In this document: positions 49,801-62,944 of the stretch, piece by piece
How positions within the stretch are numbered: the stretch's first letter is position 1
Layout: each line of letters opens with the position of its first letter
From: Felis catus
Taxonomy: Eukaryota
Length of the DNA stretch: 64,000 bases
Direction: 5' to 3'
Assembly: GCF_018350175.1 (NCBI RefSeq)
Contig: NC_058368.1
Location: forward strand, 31,560,001-31,624,000
Program-made: the position numbers and the translations under genes
Notes under the pieces: generated by a model
Told to the model about the DNA's origin: nothing
The model's input: only the letters and a program-made list of their open reading frames with translations
Databases searched by the model: none

Positions 49801-52800
49801 AAGGAAGGAAGGATCGAAGGAAGGAAAGGATCAAAGAATGGAGGAAAGAAGGAAGGAAGAGTCTACAATGTCTACCAACTATTGTTGGCATGACCAAAGT
49901 AGATGGATAATTAATTGTCTGGAAGGTTTTATTAGAAGTTTTCTGATAATAATGGCATTATTTAGAGGATGGATATTTATGTAAAACTTTAGAGTAGAAA
50001 GAACATAAATATGTAAAGGTTTCAATTTAATGGAGTTTACAAAGTAATTTTATGTTAAAAATATGAAAAATAATTGAGAATTCCTCACACAGATACGAAA
50101 TTGAAACTTTTCAATTATACATAATGTACTTCAAAGTTTTTTTTTTAAACATGTTATTGACAGTAGACTGGTTTTAACTACTTAACACATTAAATATGTT
50201 TCACACATTTTCCATTGAGTATACCTAATTTTTTTTTTTTTACATAAAGTTTCCTAAGAAGACTTTCATTAAAATTTTACACTTCGGTAACTGGAACATT
50301 AATAACAGCTGAAGATATCTTTTCATTATCCATTTTGGTTTCATAAAATTAGTAAGAATGTTATATTTGAATAATAGTTTGGTAGATGCTAATGAAATAA
50401 GAATTCAACCTGTCTATGACTTCATTTTTCATTATTATGATTAAGTAATGTGTTAAAAATAAATGTTACTCAAATTCATTATATAAGGTGATTTCCCTTT
50501 AGATTTAAAACCTGCAAAATTAGAAAGATGGAACAAATTTAGTAAAAGGATTAATAGGATTTTTGTTGGCCAACAAAATGGATGGCACATTCGTTCAGTC
50601 TTCCAATTGTTCAATAAATGTATATAAAATACATCTCTTTATATCTGTATATTTATATATAGATATAGTCTGTGCCATGTCATAGACTGGGTTATTTAGC
50701 ACTAATTGAGACATAATGTCTGTGGTCACATAGCTTACAGTTTCATGAAAGAGACATGAAAGACTGCCATAAGCAAGACAAAGGGCCGAAAACGTGAGAT
50801 AACTCCGTCTTAATATCCTTGGGAGTCTAAGTTACCTGTTAGAACCTAGAAAACCTTCAATGTCCTGGGATGATTTGTTTGTTTGGGGGGAGCATGCAAT
50901 TGCTGAGTAAAAGAACCTTCATAGAAAAAGGAGATAAATAGAAAAAGTTGATAAACAAATCTTAGTTCAAGGTGAGGGTAAATAAAAGACTTGAGAAAAA
51001 TGTAAACACTATATTCACATTTAAATACAGAAAGCAAAAGTCATATTTCTAAGCTAAATTCTCTTAAGTGAAAATTTTCTTAAGTGAAGTAGAAATCAGA
51101 AAGCAGACACTAGGGCTGAGATTGTCAGTAATCCAGAATATTTGTAACATTCCATTTAAAAATAAATGTGTCATTCCCTCACTACTGCTTCATGGTGATC
51201 AGAATTTATACTAGCAGGACTTAGTAGCGGGTTAGCAATAGGTTTTCTTTAGAGCCAGCAAGAAAAATTAAGCCACTCTTGAGAAAAGGATCCTCAAAGA
51301 ATATAGAAAGTAATGGTTGCTTTAAAAGGGAGTAAAAGGCAGTTTTGGCAAAGAAATAAGAAAGTATGTGTTCCCACCTTGGGGCTGAGAAGTCGCCCTT
51401 GGGTCTACTGGTATATAAATCCACAAGATTAGGAAATGCAAAGACAAATAGCTCCCTGAAGGCTATAAGGTTGAGAGTTGAAGGCTACAGCCAAGCTAAG
51501 AACTATTGATGAATGATTAGCAAGCCTCTTGCAAAAGATACACTAATTGACAGATAAGGAGAGAAATGGTTAATTTTTTTTTTTTTGATAGAATGGCATC
51601 TGCTGAGCCAGTGAGCACAAAAACAAGATAAAGGTCAATAAAATTGCAGTGCAATCCACCAATCATACAAATGTCAGATTTGGAAGACCAATGTTGTAAC
51701 TTTAAATTAAGTGCCAAAGAAAACTCTGAAATCAGCATACTTGAGTGTGATCTGTAAACTGACATAAATGTAATGCATGGATCTTAAATTATTTCAAGAG
51801 TCAATATATTTTGAAGATGTGTTATGCATATTATAAGTCATAAAAATAATCTTGAAACCCTGAAAGGTTTTATTTTAAAAAAAGCTAATCAAGTGAAAAT
51901 TTTAGAAATCCCACAGAAGACCATATACTAAAATTAACTAACATAACATTTATATGCTATATAATAGCATATATTTTAATTTGATAACACCCTTTAGGGT
52001 TAAATTCAGTGAGTTGAGTTTCAATGAAGGAGGTTGAGTTTTAGGGGGACTTGAAAGATTATGGCTAGAACTGTATTTGGAGATAGACACATGCATGGAC
52101 CTTATTCTGCAGTACTACATCAACATGACTTTTAGCTAAAAACAAGATACTCCACAAAAAGAAAATATTGCTTCCTCTTAAATAGTGAAAAAAGAAATCA
52201 CACACACAAAAAACAGCCCAAATCAACTGCCAAGATCTTATACTTAGAAAATGCAAAAACCACTTTCCTTTTGTTAGAAAAAAAAGTCACTCTAACACAT
52301 GTTCCCTTTAGAAGAGTCTCTGTTATGTGATTCTTACTGTCAACCTGTTGAAAAAATGAAATAGTGTATTTTCTCTTCTCCGATTGCATCATTCATTGGT
52401 TTGGGATTTTTTCAAGATGTGGAAGATAGTAGGGCATCATTTAAGTAATCACCTTTCTCAGACATGTTTATTGATGTCCTTTGATTTGTATTAATAGCAT
52501 CCAAATTGGAACTTTATTCATCATGAAACAAGCATCAACACAAACCTTTGCTACAGACCTGGTGTTTGATGTCCCTGAGTGGACCCAAATGCCTCCAACC
52601 TTTGTACTCAGCACACTGTATCTGCTCATTCCCTAAAGCAAAGGGGTTTTCTTGACCTCTAATTTATACCCCGCAGCCAACATGTATGGGGTCTTTACAC
52701 CTGTGTTTGCCTTTTCAAGCTCTCTCACTTGAGAGCACAAAATTTTCCAAAGAGCTTCAAGAACTGGTTGGGTATTACTTCTACCAAAGCACATTTTCTA

Positions 52801-53459
52801 AAACTTTTCAACAGGTGACTACCTTTACTATATTTAAGACTTGTATACTTTTATATATCTTTCACCAAGTGATGCCTTTGGATGCTCTGATCTGGAAGAC
52901 CATTCCCAAAAGAAGCCAGTCAATCCCACAACTAGGTTGATTTATCTCAGATTCAGCCTTAGTCTTCCTCAGATTATTCTATTTCCATACTATTTTGCCT
53001 CACAGGCAAGGTCACACAGGACACAATAATATGTGTCTAGGATTCAAAAACACTTGGGCCACGTTTCCATATTGAGTCTTTGTCTTGTAGTATTGTATAA
53101 TTTGTCTGTTTACAAATATGTTATGTCTCTACCAAGGGATATCTCTTTATCCCTTAGTATCCACATGATGTAAGAGACAATGCAGTGAGTATTTAATAAA
53201 CTATTAAAAAGATGAATGTCTGAAGTTGCACAGTAATGAAAATAACTTGGAAGAAATAAAATTAACTCTTTGTTATAAAAGTATTTAGGTAACCAGACCT
53301 ATTATATCTTCGAGTAATTACTGGTTTTTGAAGGGAAATACATGTGTCAAAGAGTTGTCCTTTTTCTTTCAGAGAATAGTTGTTTTTTCTTTTTATTAAA
53401 TCATTAATACATGTTTCATTTCATAACTCAGAGGAAAAAACTATCAGAATTTTATTTCT

Positions 53460-53682
53460 TTTTTTTTTAATTTTTTTTTCAACGTTTATTTATTTTTGGG
53501 ACAGAGAGAGACAGAGCATGAACGGGGGTGGGGCAGAGAGAGAGGGAGACACAGAATCAGAAACAGGCTCCAGGCTCTGAGCCATCAGCCCAGAGCCTGA
53601 CGCGGGGCTCGAACTCCCGGACCGCGAGATCGTGACCTGGCTGAAGTCGGACGCTTAACCGACTGCGCCACCCAGGCGCCCC
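53460..53682 (-). mobile_element. Young SINEC_Fc
   Basis: Near-consensus with CpGs intact; TSD CAGAATTTTATTTCT. Confidence 0.98.
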
Positions 53683-54219
53683 CAGAATTTTATTTCTATA
53701 TATTCATTCAGTCATTCTCTTTGCATGTTATATACATGTATATATATTCTGCATATTCTAATTTATAATCTGATTTTTAACATAAAAATAAAATCTATGT
53801 TTTTCCCTGTGTCAGTATTTCCACAGTGTAATTTATAACCTTTGCTTTCAAGTATTCTATATTTTATTTCACCAATAATTAACTAATCCCATATTCATGT
53901 ATTTTTAGATTTCTTAATCCTTCCACTTTCGTGAATAGTGCATTGATGAATGCCGCATAACACAAGCTTTGTCCAGAGCCTTATTCTCTTATAATAAATA
54001 GCTCTAAATGTATTGGTGGGTAAATGATAGGCATTTAAAAAAACCTTAATACATATTACTAAATATATAAATATGCTATCAATTTTAAAATCTGTAACAA
54101 TAGTTTTTATATCTTGCTTTCTGTCTTTCCCTCATCTACTTGTGCTGAGATATGTACATTTAAATTGATCGATTCTCAGATTATTGCCCACCATGATCAG
54201 TCATCAATTATAATTTGCT

Positions 54220-55145
54220 TTGTTTTAATTTTTCTTCTTTCCCCTCTATCCAGACTCCCCTGTCATATCTCCCTCCCTTACACAGATATGGTTTTGAATG
54301 TGTTTGATGTATGTCCTTAGATATACGCACCTCTAAAATATATCATGTTCCTTTGTCTTTGTATGTATTTTTGATTTACAGAAATGAGGTCTTGCTATGA
54401 AGCTCATTATTTTTTTAATCCAGTACTCTCAACAGTATGTTCTATGAGATCTACTGGTATGTCTGAGAGTACCTTTAAATTCATGCTTTTAACACTGCAT
54501 CCTTTACATTTGATTCTCTAGTTCCCTTAATGATAGGAGGCTGGGTTATCTCCAACCCCTTTGACCGGAAAGAGTGATGCAATAACTGTGCAAATACACT
54601 TTTTACAGACCAGTACAAATATGTTTTTAGGACAGATACCCATAATAGGGTAGTCATAGGTTTTAGTTAACTTGAATAGGTATAGTCATAGGTATAGTTA
54701 ACTTGAATAATTACACAGTTCTTTCCAGATAGATGATTGTCTAAGTATGCCTCACTCATTTATTTTATTTTATTTTTTTATTTTAGAGAGTGCACAAGTT
54801 AGGGAAAGGGGCAAAGAGAGCAAAAGAAAGAATCTTAAGCAGGCTCCACAGTCAACACAGAGCCCAGCATGGTTCTATCCTATGACCCTGGGATCAAGAG
54901 TGAGCTAAAATCAGGAGTGAGATGCTTAACTGACTGAGCCACCCAGGCGACCCACTATACTTCACTCCTCACTGCAAGATAGTCATAGTTCTTTTTCCCC
55001 CATCCTTATCAAAACTTGTTATCTGACCTTCCCTTCCTTGCCAAGTCTGTGTCCATAAAGTGGTATCCTATTGCCTTCTTATTTGCATTACTTTAATTGT
55101 TAGTGGGGATGAGCACTTCTTTATAAATGTGTTACTAATCTGATC
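54220..55145 (-). mobile_element. Old L1M 3'UTR/ORF2 end, interrupted by a SINE
   Basis: GTGGTATCCTATTG..TTTGCATTACTTTAATT..GATGAGCACTTCTT is antisense to the L1 ORF2 C-terminus. Confidence 0.7.
54757..54953 (-). mobile_element. Older CanSINE
   Basis: GAATCTTAAGCAGGCTCCACA type; degenerate TSD TAT(G/A)C(C/T)TCACTC. Confidence 0.9.
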
Positions 55146-55149
55146 TTCA

Positions 55150-56895
55150 GTGTCTGCTGACTCTTACAGCCTGAAGGCAGAGCATCTTGCATGGCAGCCT
55201 GGTCCTGTTACACAGCCTTGTCTTGTGCTGGGTCCCAATCAAAACGAGCAGACTTTCAGGCCACTTGCTAACTGGCTCAGAATATAATACCCAAATGAGG
55301 AATATGTTTCCTCCAATATTCAAAGAGGCCTACTAGCCACTGCCTCTTCTTTTTCTTATAGAAGGGGAACAGATGCAGCAACTTATGCTTCACCTTAGAA
55401 GAGATCCCACAATGCCCCACACCGCAGGCCTCCGGGAAATTTTACGAAGGTGAGAGTCCCCTGAATTTTTGTGGAATTTATTTCTCACCTTTTAACATGC
55501 AAATGTTGTAAGAATAAGTCTAGAGTAGTTGCTGCTTCTTGCTCATTATGCCTAATCAGCATAATATCATCAATACAACAGACTGGTATAATATCTTGGG
55601 AATGGGAAAAACAATCAGACTCCCTACAGACTAAATTATTACACAGGCCTGGAGATACCCTTGAGGGAGGACAATGGCGGTATATTGCTGGCCTTGCTAC
55701 CGAAGAGCAAACTGCTTCTTGTGCTCTTCAGCACCATACATCAAGGAAAACACATTCGCCAGATCAATGGCTTCATACCAGGTACCAGGGGATGTGTTAA
55801 TTTGCTGAAGCAATGAAGTCACATCTGGAATAGCAGCTGCAATTGGAGTCACCATTTGGTTAATTTTATAAAATTCCACTGTCATTCTACAGGATCCATC
55901 TGTTTTCTGCACAGGACAAATAAAGTAATTGGAATAGGGATATGGTGGGTATCAGCACCTCTTCATCTTTCAAGTCCTCAATGGTGGCATTAACTTCTGA
56001 AACGCTTCTATAAATGTGATATAGCTTTGGTTTACTATTTATCCCCAAAACGAAGCAGTTCTAGTGGTTCCCACATGGCGCTACCACAGCAGTCCTCACT
56101 TTGTAGGTAAAGGAGCCAATGTGTGGATTCTGGCAGTTGTTAAGTAAGTTCATTCCAATTATACATTCTGGAACTTGAGAAATAACCATAGGATGGGCTT
56201 GAAGATCCAGTGGACCCAGCGTAAGAGGAAACTGAGTTAAAATTCCATTCATCACTTGATCTCCATAAACTTTACTCTGAATAATCAACCACAATGACAT
56301 GGATCTCCTGGAATTAGTATCACTTCAGAGCCCATGTCCAGTAATTCTCAGAAAAATCTGGATATCCTTTTCCCCAGTTTGTAGTAAACCTACTAGAAGG
56401 CCATATTCCCCTTTCAAGAAGACTGGGAGAAAGATGAAGGGTATCCATTTTGAGCAGGGTAGCTGGATTCTTTCTCAAAGGAAGCTGGCCTTCTCTTCAT
56501 TTAAGTAGTTCTGGGTCTATAAACTGGTTCACATCTGGGTATTGTTTGAGGGAACATCGTTCTCTGTTTCAGTGATTCAGGTTACTCAGTTTAGACCTTT
56601 TCCATTACATTTTGTTAAGCAAGAATTTTATAGACTCCTTATCTCTCAATTATTCTGGTTACTGCTTTGACTTTACTGTCCATTCTGGTAACCAGACCCA
56701 CCTTGTCTCTGGTGATTGAGTTCTGCCCCTGGTCCCCTGCCACCCTGGCGTCAGTTATCCCCATTTTATATAAGGATCACTGTTCACTGGCAGTCAGATC
56801 CCACTGTAATTTCTGGCCTACAGAAAAGAGATAGCAAAAAGCTCTTCAAAGGTGCTGGGGCTCACTTCACAAATTATTTCTCAAAGTAACATGAA
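55150..56895 (-). mobile_element. ERV-L internal fragment (gag end, protease, reverse transcriptase), disrupted, no LTR seen
   Basis: ORF 55697-55912 [30 protein letters not shown]...YEAIDLAN is an ERV-L RT N-terminus; ORF 56061-56300 ...VISQVPECIIGMNLL..QNPHIGS is the ERV-L protease region. Confidence 0.92.
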
Positions 56896-56899
56896 AGAC

Positions 56900-57074
56900 A
56901 TCAAGGTGTCGGTAGGGCCACACTCCTTCTGGTGGCTCTAGGGGATCACCCATTCCTTCCTCTTATAGCTTTCCTTGGCTCATGGCCACATCTCTCTTCA
57001 ATCCATGTTTATATCACTTCCTCTTCTATGCATCTGTGTAAAATATCTCCCTCTGCCTCTCTCTCACTTGTAAG
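56900..57074 (-). mobile_element. MLT1C-like LTR, middle segment
   Basis: Reverse complement reads GAGAGAGGCAGAGGGAGAT...GTGGCCATGAGCCAAGGAA...CCTAGAGCC..GTGTGGCCCTACCGACACCTTGAT. Confidence 0.8.
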
Positions 57075-57525
57075 CTCCTATGCCAGTCAGTTTCACCATT
57101 TTGCTTAAAGCATGGCATTGTTGTTTTGCCTTAGTATTTGATAAGAAATGTTATCCATCTGTATTGTCTTTTCTTCTCATGAATAATATCTCATTTTCTG
57201 TTATATTCTTAATTGACTGTTGATGGTATAGAAAAACACAGATGGCTTCGTAAGTTAGTCTTGCATATAGACTATTTGCTAAATTTTCTCATAGTTCTAT
57301 AAATGTCTCTTGATCTAGTTGAATTTTCTATGTAGATAATCATATCATCTGCAAATAACAGCACTTTGACTTTTTATACCAATCCTTATAACTGTTATAT
57401 CTTACTAAAAAGATAGTTTTGCTGACTATAAGTTTTAATCCTGTGTTTATTAGTAATGGCAATAGTAAGAATTCTTACCTTGTTTCAGATGTCATGGGAA
57501 ATATTTCTAGCAGGTTTTCATTAAG
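57075..57525 (-). mobile_element. Old L1 ORF2 RT-domain relic
   Basis: TTTTCTATGTAGATAATCATATCATCTGCAAATAA is antisense to LFADDMIIYIEN. Confidence 0.85.
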
Positions 57526-57540
57526 AATCACGTTAGAAAA

Positions 57541-57759
57541 GGGGCTCCTGGGTGGCTTAGTCAGTTAAATATCTGACCTCGGCTCAGGTCATGGTCTCAC
57601 AGTCCATGAGTTTGAGCCCTACATCCTGCTCTGTGCTGACAGCTCAGAGCCTGGAGCCTGCTTCAGATTCTGTGTCTCCCTGTCTCTCTGTCCCTCCCCA
57701 CCTCATGCTCTCTCTCTCTCGCTCTCAAAAATAAATAAACATAAACAAATTTTTTTTTT
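57541..57759 (+). mobile_element. CanSINE (SINEC_Fc-like)
   Basis: Full-length; degenerate TSD AATCACGTTAGAAAA / AATCATGTAGACAA. Confidence 0.95.
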
Positions 57760-57767
57760 AATCATGT

Positions 57768-57995
57768 AGACAAACACATAGAAGCAGAGAGTATGATGGT
57801 AGTTAGTAAGGGCTGGACAGAGGGGAAAATGAAATGTAGATCAAAAGATACAATGTTTCAGTTTTACAAGATAAATTCTGGAGATCTGTACAAAATAGGG
57901 CCTACGGTTAATAATACTATATTACACATACTTAAAAATTTGTCAAAGAAGTAGATCTTATGTTAAATGCTCTTCCCGCAAAAGGAAAAGAAAAA
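57768..57995 (+). mobile_element. L1MA-type 3' end
   Basis: CATAGAAGCAGAGAGTA...TTCTGGAGATCTGTAC...GTTAATAATACT...GTAGATCTTATGTTAAATGCTCTT plus an A tail. Confidence 0.85.
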
Positions 57996-58259
57996 AATCA
58001 CGTTTGTTATTAATTTTTAATTTACACACTAGTTCAAGTTAAGAAAGTTTCTCTGTTCCTTTTTTTTTTTTTGGTTTCAAGCATATTAATCACATTATTA
58101 TATTTGTATATAGATTTTCTTTTTATTATGTGATTGGCATATTTCTTTGTGAGAGGTGAATTTAAAACTATAATGGTTCTTTTTCCCTCTCCAACTTTTT
58201 AGTTGTGTATTTATAAAATTGGGGGCTATATATTAACAATTTAAAGTTGTTGTAACTTC

Positions 58260-58485
58260 TTTTTTTTAATTTGTTTTAACATTTATTTATTTGTGAGAGA
58301 CAGAGAGAGAGCAAGAGTGCGGGAGGGGCAGAGACAGAGAGGGAAGCACAGAATCTGAAGCAGGCTCCAGGCTCTGAGCTGTCAGCACAGAGCCCGATGC
58401 AGGGCTCAAACTCACGAACTGAATCATGAGATCATGATCTGAGCTGAAGTCAGTCGCTCAACCAACTGAGCCACCCAGGTGCCCC
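58260..58485 (-). mobile_element. CanSINE (SINEC_Fc-like)
   Basis: TSD TAAAGTTGTTGTAA(C/T)TTCT. Confidence 0.96.
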
Positions 58486-58754
58486 ATAAAGTTGTTGTAA
58501 TTTCTGAATCCATTTTCTATTTACATGTATTTAAAGTAGTACTACTTGTGATACTTTTAACTTAAATAATATATCATTTGATATTAAAATTTCTATATTG
58601 AGTTATTTGGGGGCTTATATTTACCTGTTGTGTCTATAACAATTTAGTTTCAGAATTTTGTATCCTTTTTGGTTCAGTGAATTGTTTACAGACAACATAT
58701 TGCTAGATTTTCTTCCCCTATGTAATATCTCTTCTGATTGATGGGGTCATTCCA

Positions 58755-58920
58755 TGTAGTGGGCTGAATGATGGCCCACAAAAAGAGATTTTTTAGATTC
58801 ATACCTAGGACTTGTGAGTATTATTGTACATGGCAAAGATGTGATTAAGTTAAGGCTATTAAAAAGAGGTGCTTATCTTGGATTATCCAAGCAGGCCATG
58901 AATGAAATTTATAAATTATT
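58755..58920 (+). mobile_element. MLT1C-like LTR, 5' segment
   Basis: TGTAGTGGGCTGAATGATGGCCC...GATGTGATTAAGTTAAGG...TTATCTTGGATTATCC. Confidence 0.85.
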
Positions 58921-61425
58921 AAATTGTTTTGTGTCTGTTCACTCATATCCTTAATAGGAAAATTAGTGCCTAATTAGTCTTCCTCACAGCTTCTTGGTTG
59001 TGACAGTTAAGTGGTTAACTGGCCCCAAGCCATTTGTCTGCATCCCAACATGGCTCCACTTCCTCACCTAACCTTAGCTTAGGATCTTGAAAAACATAGG
59101 CTTACATATTAGATATAGAAATACTGATTACAGAAAGAAAAATCTTTAAATCTGAGGTTAATTTATATGACAATTCAGTCATGAAATACAAGAAAAAACT
59201 GGGGTAAATATGGAATGCATATATAAATACAACAATATGGTAAAATAGATATAGTAAAAGTAGTCAAAGTATAAAACACAGTATAAACATAGTAATCTAA
59301 GCAAACTAATATGAAATAAATGTATGTGATAAATTATCCATTACAATTACTTATGGTATTTCATAGAAGAAAAAGATTTGTTATAAACGCAAAAAGTAGC
59401 CATAAACCTCATTAACCAACACAGAATATGGCAACTTTATCAAAAATTATTAATAATATACTCTACATGTAACCACCACCAATTTCAGAAATGCCTTGGA
59501 GTAATTGTAGATAACAATTGTAACTGTATTATTGAATTTTTTTTAAATAAAATTATGATATGGCACCTGGATGAAGAGTAAAAATTAAAACCTACATGGT
59601 TGAGAAGTGATAGAATATTTTTTATTCTTGTTGGCTTTATTTCTTCTCAGTTATACAGAACAGTATAATTAAATAATAAAAACTATTAAAAGTACATTTT
59701 ATGGTGCCATAAAATTTATGCATTTCTTGGAATTTGAAATAATTAAACATATGTAGAGTACATGTTTTATCTCTAAGTAGATGAAAGCTTCATGAAAATA
59801 TAAGAGCTAAATTAATTGAAAACTGTTAAATTTAAATTAAAAATGTTTAATATGTCATAAAGGGATGGGAACATATGCCCACATTTATACAAGTCTGTGG
59901 AGTTCAAATCATAGTGAGATCTTAAAATGGCACACTTAAACATAATTTGGTAAGTATTCATAGATTTTTTTGATGTATATAGAAGTCTCAAATTTATAAA
60001 CATAGGTAAAACTAGCCAGAAAAATTATTACTAGGAATGCATTTGCAGAAAGTACTACTACAAATAAATAAATATACATATAAAGGTTTTATGTTCTTGG
60101 CAAATTTCGGTCTAAGCCATATGTAGCTAAAGCCATGTACATATTACTAAACATCCACCATATTCACTACTTTTTGAAACTTGCTAACACTTCTTCATTA
60201 AAATGGCTGTGTACTGTTATATTTTTTTTGCTTATTAATATAGTCAATATTTAAAATAACCCTGTAAAGTATCATCCACATTTTACAAATGAGGAAACGG
60301 TAAGAAAGAATTTAAATAACAAATCCAAATTCACACAAGTAGAAACGGTTTTAGCCCAGATTCAAACCTTGGTAATTTGGTAATTTGGTCCTAGAATGAA
60401 CACTTTTCATCATTTTGTGACATGGCTTTTGCAGGTTTTTAACAATTAGAGTCAGGTCTCCAGGAAAATGTTGATAGAGACAACGTTTGCAGTCCACACA
60501 CTCAGCATTTCTATCAAACCCCTCTGCTCCCATAACTCTAAATTGCTCTGAGGTTGCTGCCCTTTGTAATTACTCCCAGGGTAATAATTACTAAGAGAAG
60601 TATCACAGATTGCTACATTTGTATTTTAATAATCATGCTAGAGATGTACCAATGGATTCAAAGAAATAGATCTGAAATTGTTAAATTTGAAATAACAGGC
60701 AAGTCAATAGTGATGATGGAGTCAGGGGCTGGGCAGGTACATGACCGTAAGCAGGAGATCTTATTAATTTCCCATGAAATGCACCATAGTACTATTTAAT
60801 TTTTTTACCTATTTATATTATTAGGCTAGCCTTAAAAGTATAATGTTCTTGCATATTGTATGAATCCAGGTTCTTCAGAGAAACAAATCTAATAGTCTAG
60901 TCCAAGGATAGGAGAAGGCTGATGTCCCAGTTCAATCAGGCAGGAGGACAAGGAGGGGGGTAAATCCTTCATCCACTTTTTGTCCTCTTCAGCCCATCAT
61001 TGGATTAGATAATGCCCACTATTTGGGGGAGGATAATTTACTGAGTCTACTAATCATAATCATCATAATCATCACCAATCATAATAGAAATACCCTCACA
61101 GACACATCCAGAAATAATGTTTAATTTGGACACACTGTGGCCTAGTCACATAGACAAATAAAATTAACTATCATAAGTCCACCCCTTGTCAACCTGGAAC
61201 TCATATGAATCCCCTTAAACCATACTTTTTTCCAAATAAATAAAATAACAAGGTTATAATTCTGCCTACCACATTCCAACTATCCAGTGTTAACCAACAG
61301 TGAAATAACCCCTTCCCTAGAAGAGGAGGTAAATCCTTGAGTGATGTTTACTGAATTTGATATTCCTTAAGTTAAATAATGCAATGTAAAATTAACAGCA
61401 ATTAATTGCAATGATAGAAAGTTAA

Positions 61426-61642
61426 GGGGTACCTGGGTGGCTCAGTCGGTTGGGCGTCTGACTTCAGCTCAGGTCGCGATCTCACAGTCATGAGTTCCAG
61501 CCCCGTGTCAGGCTCTGTGCTGACAGCTCAGAGCCTGGAGCCTGCTTCAGATTCTGTGTCTCCCTCTCTCTCTGCCCCTCCCCTGCTCATGCTCTCTCTC
61601 TCTCTCTGTCTCAAAAAATAAAAACATTAAAAAAAAATTTTT
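61426..61642 (+). mobile_element. CanSINE (SINEC_Fc-like) inside the ERV-L
   Basis: Full-length; short TSD AAAGT(T/C)AA. Confidence 0.95.
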
Positions 61643-62506
61643 AAAAAGTCAATACATCTCATGTATCCCATGTCACATAATAAAAAACTAAGAGAGAAGG
61701 AAAACACTTATCTAATCTTTAGTGGTCACATGCTCAGAGCTGGTGTTGACAACTACCTTCTTCCACTACACACTCTGTATTCCCTTTGACTTCAACAAGC
61801 ACCTCAGCAAGTCTTGGTTCTTCACCGGGTATGGTGACCCAAACTTTCATTCCTGAAGAATCTGAGCCATTTAGAAGTATTGCCTTGGATTGAGTTGCTA
61901 TAACTTTCCAATGAGCTTAATTTAGGGCGTGGTAATACTAAGAGATGCCCTAAGGAATCTCTTGTATTCCAAATATTCTCTTCCCTACCTCCGCTGGGGA
62001 GTAGTAGTACAATTTTCCTTGGTAGTCAGAATCAGTCACCCCAGTGAGCACTGCAACTTCCTTCTTTGCCTGTTGATTCAGAGGCGTGAGAAACTCAAAC
62101 TGGCTGTGTGGCAGTCTTAACTTTTTAGTTGAACAGAATCATTGTGTCTCCTAGTAGAAGAATTCCTCCCTCTGGGACTAAGGATTTGGGGCCAGCAGAA
62201 CATAAATTCATAGGGAAAGCAATGCTGCTGCTTCAGGATGGAGTGGAACATAGACCAACGAATTCCATGAGCTCTGTGGCAGCACATACTGTGTGGTGAA
62301 GGGACTTCTCATGGTAATGTGGTGGCCCATGCTTAAGCATTCAGTCTATACTAAGGCCAGTAGAAGGCAAAGGCTGTTCCTCAAAAGGAGAAAAGTTTTT
62401 TGCTGAGGATGACAGGGCTTTGTTTCAAAATCCTAAAGTCCTATGCTTCAGTGCACTTAAAACAGTTTGCCAAAAGCTTCAAAAACATGACTATCTGCAA
62501 CTGACT

Positions 62507-62944
62507 CTTTTTTTTTTCAATATATGAAATTTATTGTCAAATTGGTTTCCATACAACACCCAGTGCTCATCCCAAAAGGTGCCCTCCTCAATACCCATCA
62601 CCCACCCTCCCCTCCCTCCCACTCCCCATCAACCCTCAGTTTGTTCTCAGTTTTTAAGAGTCTCTTATGCTTTGGCTCTCTCCCACTCTGACCTCTTTTT
62701 TTTTTTCCTTCCCCTCCCCCATGGGTTTCTGTTAGGTTTCTCAGGATCCACATAAGAGTAAAAACATATGGTATCTGTCTTTCTCTGTATGGCTTATTTC
62801 ACTTAGCGTTACACTCTCCATTTCCATCCACATTGCTACAAAGGGCCATAGTTCGTTCTTTCTCATTGCCATGTAGTACTCCATTGTGTACATAAACCAC
62901 AATTTCTTTATCCATTCATCAGTTGATGGACATTTAGGCTCTTT
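62507..62944 (-). mobile_element. Young felid L1 (L1_Fc-like) 3' end with ORF2 C-terminus, inside the ERV-L
   Basis: EPKCPSTDEWIKKLWFMYTMEYY...LSEISHTEKDRYHMFLLLCGS is an L1 ORF2p C-terminus, followed by a G-rich 3'UTR and poly(A). Confidence 0.95.

Noticed and set aside
1751..53580. Recurring 60-120 aa ORFs such as MAQLVKHPTSAQVMISRSVSSSPASGS...
   Set aside because: Translations of CanSINE bodies, not a gene family.
54651..54709. Short tandem duplication TAGTCATAGGT..TAGTTAACTTGAATA
   Set aside because: Real, but an ordinary slippage event within an old L1.
55697..56300. Possible domesticated ERV-L protease/RT gene
   Set aside because: Broken into short ORFs by stops and frameshifts; a decayed relic.
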